This document shows positions 6,912 through 10,774 of a stretch of 10,774 bases of DNA, piece by piece. The number at the start of each line of letters is the position of its first letter. Position 1 is the first letter of the stretch. Origin of the DNA: Nitrospirota bacterium (lineage in GTDB: Bacteria > Nitrospirota > Thermodesulfovibrionia > Thermodesulfovibrionales > Dissulfurispiraceae). The DNA is taken from NCBI GenBank assembly GCA_040754455.1, contig JBFMCP010000060.1, forward strand, positions 1 through 10,774. Reading direction: 5' to 3'. The translations under genes and the position numbers were made by a program. The notes beneath the pieces are model-generated. The model had not been told where the DNA came from. It searched no databases and was given only the letters and a program-made list of their open reading frames with translations.

Positions 6912-7361
6912 ATGAAGTCTGCCGGTTCAATTCTCTCTTCCCTTATCAAGACCCTCGGCATCGAGGACAAAATGACTATCGCATCGCTACAGAGGGAGTG
7001 GTCTCGCCTCTTCAATGAGCCGCTCTCTCTGCATACCTATCCGGTAGAACTAAAAGACGGTGAGCTGCTGATCAATGTCGACTCCCCTCTCTGGCTCCAG
7101 GAACTCAAGTTCTTCAAAGGAGATATGCTGGGAAAGCTCCGGGCCTACCGCATTGCCTCGATCAGATTCAAGCACGGCAGGGTCTATCGCTCACGCCGGA
7201 CGGCTCCGGCAACAGGAACTCCCGATACTGCGCACGGCAAAAAGGGCATCAGTGCCAGCGAGAGGGAATGGATTGAGCAGATCGTGAGCGAGATAAAAGA
7301 CCCGGAGTTGAGAGACCATCTGAGAGCACTGCTCGAAAAGGCCGCAATGCGAAGACCGTAA
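6912..7361 (+). CDS. DUF721 domain protein (DciA-like replicative helicase loader/operator)
   Basis: 149 aa. The pattern LQREWSRLFNEPLSLHTYPVELKDGELLINVDSPLWLQELKFFKGDMLGKL...IASIRFKHG is typical of the DUF721 KH-like domain. It is followed by a basic linker and a short helical C-terminus (EIKDPELRDHL). Confidence 0.82.
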   Translation: MKSAGSILSSLIKTLGIEDKMTIASLQREWSRLFNEPLSLHTYPVELKDGELLINVDSPLWLQELKFFKGDMLGKLRAYRIASIRFKHGRVYRSRRTAPATGTPDTAHGKKGISASEREWIEQIVSEIKDPELRDHLRALLEKAAMRRP

Positions 7362-7368
7362 CAGACCG

Positions 7369-8610
7369 TTACGCTGATTCCGCCTTCTCCTCGTATACGA
7401 GAATCGACCGTTCCCGCTTGGCAATAGCCTCCTCGTTGATGATGCATTCGGTCACGCCCCGCTTCGAGGGGATCTCGTACATGACGTCGAGCATGACATC
7501 CTCGAGGATCGCCCGCAGTCCCCGCGCGCCCGTCTTCCGCTCGATCGCTTTCCGTGCAATGGCGGCCAGGGCGCCTTCGGTGAATTTCAAGGCAACGCCG
7601 TCCAGCGAAAGCAGTTTCTGGTACTGCTTTATCAGAGCATTCTTGGGCTCCGTCAATATTTTGATAAGCGCCTGCTCATCAAGCTCATCAAGAGTCGCGA
7701 CGACCGGAAGCCTGCCCACGAATTCCGGAATCAGACCATACTTTATCAGATCCTCCGGCTCAACAAGGCTCAGGATATTTTTTGCCTTTTTATCCTTGGC
7801 ACTGGAAAGAGCAGAGCCGAATCCGATGCTCTTCTTGCCGATCCTCCGTTCGATGACCGCATCGAGCCCGACAAAGGCGCCGCCGCACATAAAGAGAATA
7901 TTCGTGGTATCGAGCTGAATGTATTCCTGCTGCGGGTGCTTTCGTCCGCCCTGAGGGGGGATGTTCGCCACCGTTCCCTCGATGATCTTCAGGAGCGCTT
8001 GCTGTACGCCCTCACCCGAGACATCCCTCGTAATCGAAGGGCTGTCCGCCTTTCTGCTGATCTTGTCGATCTCATCGATATAGATGATCCCCCTTTGGGC
8101 CTTCTCGACATCATAATCGGCAGCCTGAAGCAGTTTGAGCAGCACGTTCTCCACATCCTCGCCCACGTACCCCGCCTCGGTGAGTGTCGTCGCATCGGCT
8201 ATGGTAAAGGGCACATCGAGGAAACGGGCAAGAATCTGCGCCAGCAGGGTCTTGCCGGTGCCGGTTGGTCCGATCATCAGGATATTGCTCTTCTGAAGTT
8301 CCACCTCCGAGCGGGCGCCCCTGAATATCCGCTTATAATGATTGTGAACGGCAACGGAGAGGATCTTCTTTGCCTGCTCCTGCCCGATCACATAATCATC
8401 GAGGAATTTATGGATCTCCACCGGCGTCGGGAGCTTCTTAGAAAAGTCACGGTCAGTCACATGCAACTCTTCATCTATAATTTCGTTGCAGAGGCCGACA
8501 CACTCGTCACAGATATAGACCATCGGTCCTGCAATCAGCTTCTTGACCTCTTCCTGCCCCTTGCCGCAGAAGGAGCATTTGAGTGTCGAATCATTTGTCT
8601 TTCGTGCCAT
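7369..8610 (-). CDS. clpX: ATP-dependent Clp protease ATP-binding subunit ClpX
   Basis: 413 aa. C4 zinc finger (CSFC...CDEC), Walker A GPTGTGKT, pore loop GYVG, Walker [13 protein letters not shown] loop, IGF loop and GARGLR. SD GGAGG at 8616-8620. Confidence 0.99.
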   Translation of the reverse strand: MARKTNDSTLKCSFCGKGQEEVKKLIAGPMVYICDECVGLCNEIIDEELHVTDRDFSKKLPTPVEIHKFLDDYVIGQEQAKKILSVAVHNHYKRIFRGARSEVELQKSNILMIGPTGTGKTLLAQILARFLDVPFTIADATTLTEAGYVGEDVENVLLKLLQAADYDVEKAQRGIIYIDEIDKISRKADSPSITRDVSGEGVQQALLKIIEGTVANIPPQGGRKHPQQEYIQLDTTNILFMCGGAFVGLDAVIERRIGKKSIGFGSALSSAKDKKAKNILSLVEPEDLIKYGLIPEFVGRLPVVATLDELDEQALIKILTEPKNALIKQYQKLLSLDGVALKFTEGALAAIARKAIERKTGARGLRAILEDVMLDVMYEIPSKRGVTECIINEEAIAKRERSILVYEEKAESA

Positions 8611-8620
8611 AAAAACCTCC

Positions 8621-8693
8621 GATCATCGTTCATTGTACACCGTTCACGGTTCATCGCTTATACCATGAACCGTGAACTATGAACGGTGAACTA
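8621..8693. repeat. Heptamer (GTTCANN/NNTGAAC) tandem-repeat hairpin filling the clpP-clpX spacer
   Basis: Reads GATCATC GTTCATT GTACACC GTTCACG GTTCATC ... CATGAAC CGTGAAC TATGAAC GGTGAAC TA. Arms 8628-8654 and 8665-8691 are 22/27 Watson-Crick, the inner 13 bp are perfect, and the loop is 10 nt. Confidence 0.88.
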
Positions 8694-9293
8694 TTTTCTC
8701 TCCTTCGCCTCTTTCACCGTGGCGATCACATCGTCCACGATACCGTAGTCCTTCGCCTCTTTACCGGACATGAAATAATCGCGCTCCGTGTCCACTTGGA
8801 TCTTCTCAAGGGGCTGTCCGGTGTGGTGCGCAAGTATACCGTTGAGGGTCTCCTTCATCTTCAATATCTCCCGGGCGTGAATCTCCACATCCGTAGCCTG
8901 TCCGTAAAACCCGCCGATGGGTTGATGGATCATCACCCGCGAATGCGGCAGGGCAAATCGTTTTCCCTTTGTTCCGGCGCCGAGGAGCAATGCACCCATG
9001 CTCGCCGCCTGTCCGATACAATAGGTGGCAATATCAGGCTTCACATACTGCATCGTGTCATAGATCGCCAATCCGCCCGAAACAACGCCGCCGGGGGAAT
9101 TGATATAGATGTGGATATCTTTATCGGGGTCCTCGGTCTGCAGAAAGAGCAGCTGCGCGATCACCACGTTGGCGATGTTATCGTCGATGGGAGTACCGAT
9201 AAAAATAATCCGGTCCTTTAAAAGCCTTGAATAGATGTCATAGACCCTCTCGGTTCTTCCCGTCTGTTCTATCACGATTGGGACAATGCTCAT
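8691..9293 (-). CDS. clpP: ATP-dependent Clp protease proteolytic subunit
   Basis: 200 aa. [14 protein letters not shown] and YINSPGG; catalytic triad contexts GQAASMG (Ser), MIHQP (His) and ERDYF (Asp). The ATG overlaps the tig stop codon (ATGA, 9290-9293). Confidence 0.99.
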   Translation of the reverse strand: MSIVPIVIEQTGRTERVYDIYSRLLKDRIIFIGTPIDDNIANVVIAQLLFLQTEDPDKDIHIYINSPGGVVSGGLAIYDTMQYVKPDIATYCIGQAASMGALLLGAGTKGKRFALPHSRVMIHQPIGGFYGQATDVEIHAREILKMKETLNGILAHHTGQPLEKIQVDTERDYFMSGKEAKDYGIVDDVIATVKEAKERK

Positions 9294-10540
9294 TTCGTTT
9301 CTTCTCCTTTTTCGATGGTTGCCTTGCTCAACAAAAGAGTGAGGACTTTCTTCTCGAAGAGGGCATGTTTGAGGCCATCCAGAGAGCCGTCCTTCGATAC
9401 ATAATATTTTATAACATTTTCGGGAGAGATATAATACCGCTGGGCCATAGTGAGGATCTCATCCTTCAATTCATCCTCGGAAACGGTGACACCCTCCTTC
9501 TCGCCGATGATCTCGAGCAGGATGGATGCCCTGACGCTCTTCTCTGCCTGGGGCCTTATTTCCTCCGTGATCGCCTCGTCGGAGCGTTCGTCCTTGCCGG
9601 TCGCACGTATACTGCCGATGATTCCTCTTATCTCCGCATCGAGCATGCTTTCGGGAATATCGAACTGGTGCTTCTCAAGGAGTTTATCGAGGATCTCACG
9701 CTGCTTTGCACGATCAGCCTCCCTGTTCCTCGCAGCGAGGATGTTCTCGCGCACCTTCGCCTTTACCTGCTCGAGGTTCTCCATGCCCAGATCCTTCGCA
9801 AACTCGTCATCGATGGTAATAGCGGTGCGCCGTTTCAGATCCTTGATCCTGACCGCAAACTTCGGACGCTTGCCGGCAAAAGGAGTGGGAGAGTCTTCGG
9901 GGAAAGTCGCTTCCATCTCGAACTCCTCGTCCTTTTTCTTTCCGATGAGACCGTCGAAAAACTCCTGGGGATAGGGACCGCTGCCTACTTTGATGACTAC
10001 ATCCTTTGCCGATGATCCGTCATCCTTCACCGTATAATCGAGGGTGACGAGATCGCCGGATTGCACCGCATCGTCCACTGCCTCATAGGTGGCCCGTTCT
10101 TCTGCGAGGTTTTTCAGGACCGCTTCGACATCCTCATCCTTTGCCTCCACCGGTATGTCCTTGACCGTGATATCTTCATAGGAGAGATTCTCAACGTTCG
10201 GCCTGACCTCCACGGAAACGGTCATCGAGAGGGGAGCATTCCTCTGGAAGTCGAAGGACTCTTCCATTGTAGGGCGCGACACCGGAGTGATCTTCGCTTC
10301 CTGCAGTGCCTTGAGATAGTAGTCGGGAATGATCTTCTCCAGGACCTCTGCCTCGACCTCTTTGCCGAATTTCTTCTCGATAAGGGTCATCGGCGCCTTG
10401 CCGGGCCTGAATCCAGGAAGCTTTGACCGCTTCTGGACGCTCTGGAGTCCCTTCTGTATTTCAGCCTCGATATCCTGGGCAGGAATCTCTATCTTGAGCC
10501 GTTTTTTTGTTGCCGATACATCTTCAAGTGCCTTTAACAC
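9290..10540 (-). CDS. tig: Trigger factor (ribosome-associated chaperone/PPIase)
   Basis: Ribosome-binding signature [14 protein letters not shown]-like middle region (GDLVTLDY...FFDGLIG...TFPED) and C-terminal domain; first gene of tig-clpP-clpX. The start is placed at GTG 10540 (416 aa) because GAGGAGG (10546-10552) lies 5 nt upstream of it. The track's ATG at 10558 has no comparable SD. Confidence 0.96.
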   Translation of the reverse strand: MLKALEDVSATKKRLKIEIPAQDIEAEIQKGLQSVQKRSKLPGFRPGKAPMTLIEKKFGKEVEAEVLEKIIPDYYLKALQEAKITPVSRPTMEESFDFQRNAPLSMTVSVEVRPNVENLSYEDITVKDIPVEAKDEDVEAVLKNLAEERATYEAVDDAVQSGDLVTLDYTVKDDGSSAKDVVIKVGSGPYPQEFFDGLIGKKKDEEFEMEATFPEDSPTPFAGKRPKFAVRIKDLKRRTAITIDDEFAKDLGMENLEQVKAKVRENILAARNREADRAKQREILDKLLEKHQFDIPESMLDAEIRGIIGSIRATGKDERSDEAITEEIRPQAEKSVRASILLEIIGEKEGVTVSEDELKDEILTMAQRYYISPENVIKYYVSKDGSLDGLKHALFEKKVLTLLLSKATIEKGEETK

Positions 10541-10582
10541 TGGTGCCTCCTCAATCATTTAGTCTCGATTTTTCAAATATTT

Positions 10583-10612
10583 AGTGTAACTGTTATGATC
10601 AGGATTTGTCAA
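10583..10612 (-). promoter_or_regulatory. Sigma70-type promoter for tig-clpP-clpX
   Basis: Minus strand: perfect TTGACA (10612-10607), 18-nt spacer, TACACT (10588-10583), ending about 40 nt upstream of the GTG start. Confidence 0.72.
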
Positions 10613-10774
10613 TTTGCAAGCTCTCAGAAAGATACCCCTGCGGGAAGCTGCGCTGGCGGAGAGCTCAAGAGAAGAAATGCTGCAGCTTTTCAAAGAGGGC
10701 TATATATTCGACATATATGCACTTATCAGCAATGCACTAAGGCGCATTTTGGAATTATTTTATTATATTGTACC

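Noticed and set aside
8621..8693. Repeat arrays as a mini-CRISPR
   Set aside because: The units are 7 nt with no 25-45-nt unique spacers, and there are no cas genes in the window.
7936..10426. Long plus-strand ORFs (248, 180, 262, 174 and 121 aa) opposite clpX, clpP and tig, including the MNREL/MNGEL ends
   Set aside because: These are antisense shadows of conserved genes with no recognisable motifs. The MNREL/MNGEL peptides come from reading through the heptamer repeat.
10613..10774. tRNA or structured ncRNA upstream of tig (AGCTCTC 10619-10625 pairing with GAGAGCT 10659-10665)
   Set aside because: There is no cloverleaf, T-loop or CCA, and only one short stem. The region is cut by the window edge, so support is insufficient.

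Overview
A mostly housekeeping bacterial window. The protein style suggests Nitrospirota/Thermodesulfovibrionia or a Desulfobacterota-like lineage, which is an inference only. From left to right it holds: the 5' part of a TonB-dependent outer-membrane receptor (minus strand, runs off the left edge, missing from the ORF track); a stand-alone 2-oxoacid:ferredoxin oxidoreductase alpha subunit (VorB-like, plus strand, apparently leaderless); a minus-strand infB-rbfA-DHH phosphoesterase unit lacking the usual rimP/nusA/truB neighbours; a divergent rpmB-DUF721(DciA) pair; and a minus-strand tig-clpP-clpX operon. I found no tRNA, rRNA, CRISPR array or transposase. The most unusual signal is non-coding. 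Four short spacers next to core genes (infB-rbfA, infB leader, rpmB-dciA, clpP-clpX) contain degenerate 7-9-nt tandem repeats followed by their reverse complement, so each can fold into a long hairpin. These fall into three sequence-unrelated unit families with one shared architecture. infB and rpmB also appear to share an overlapping bidirectional sigma70 promoter.
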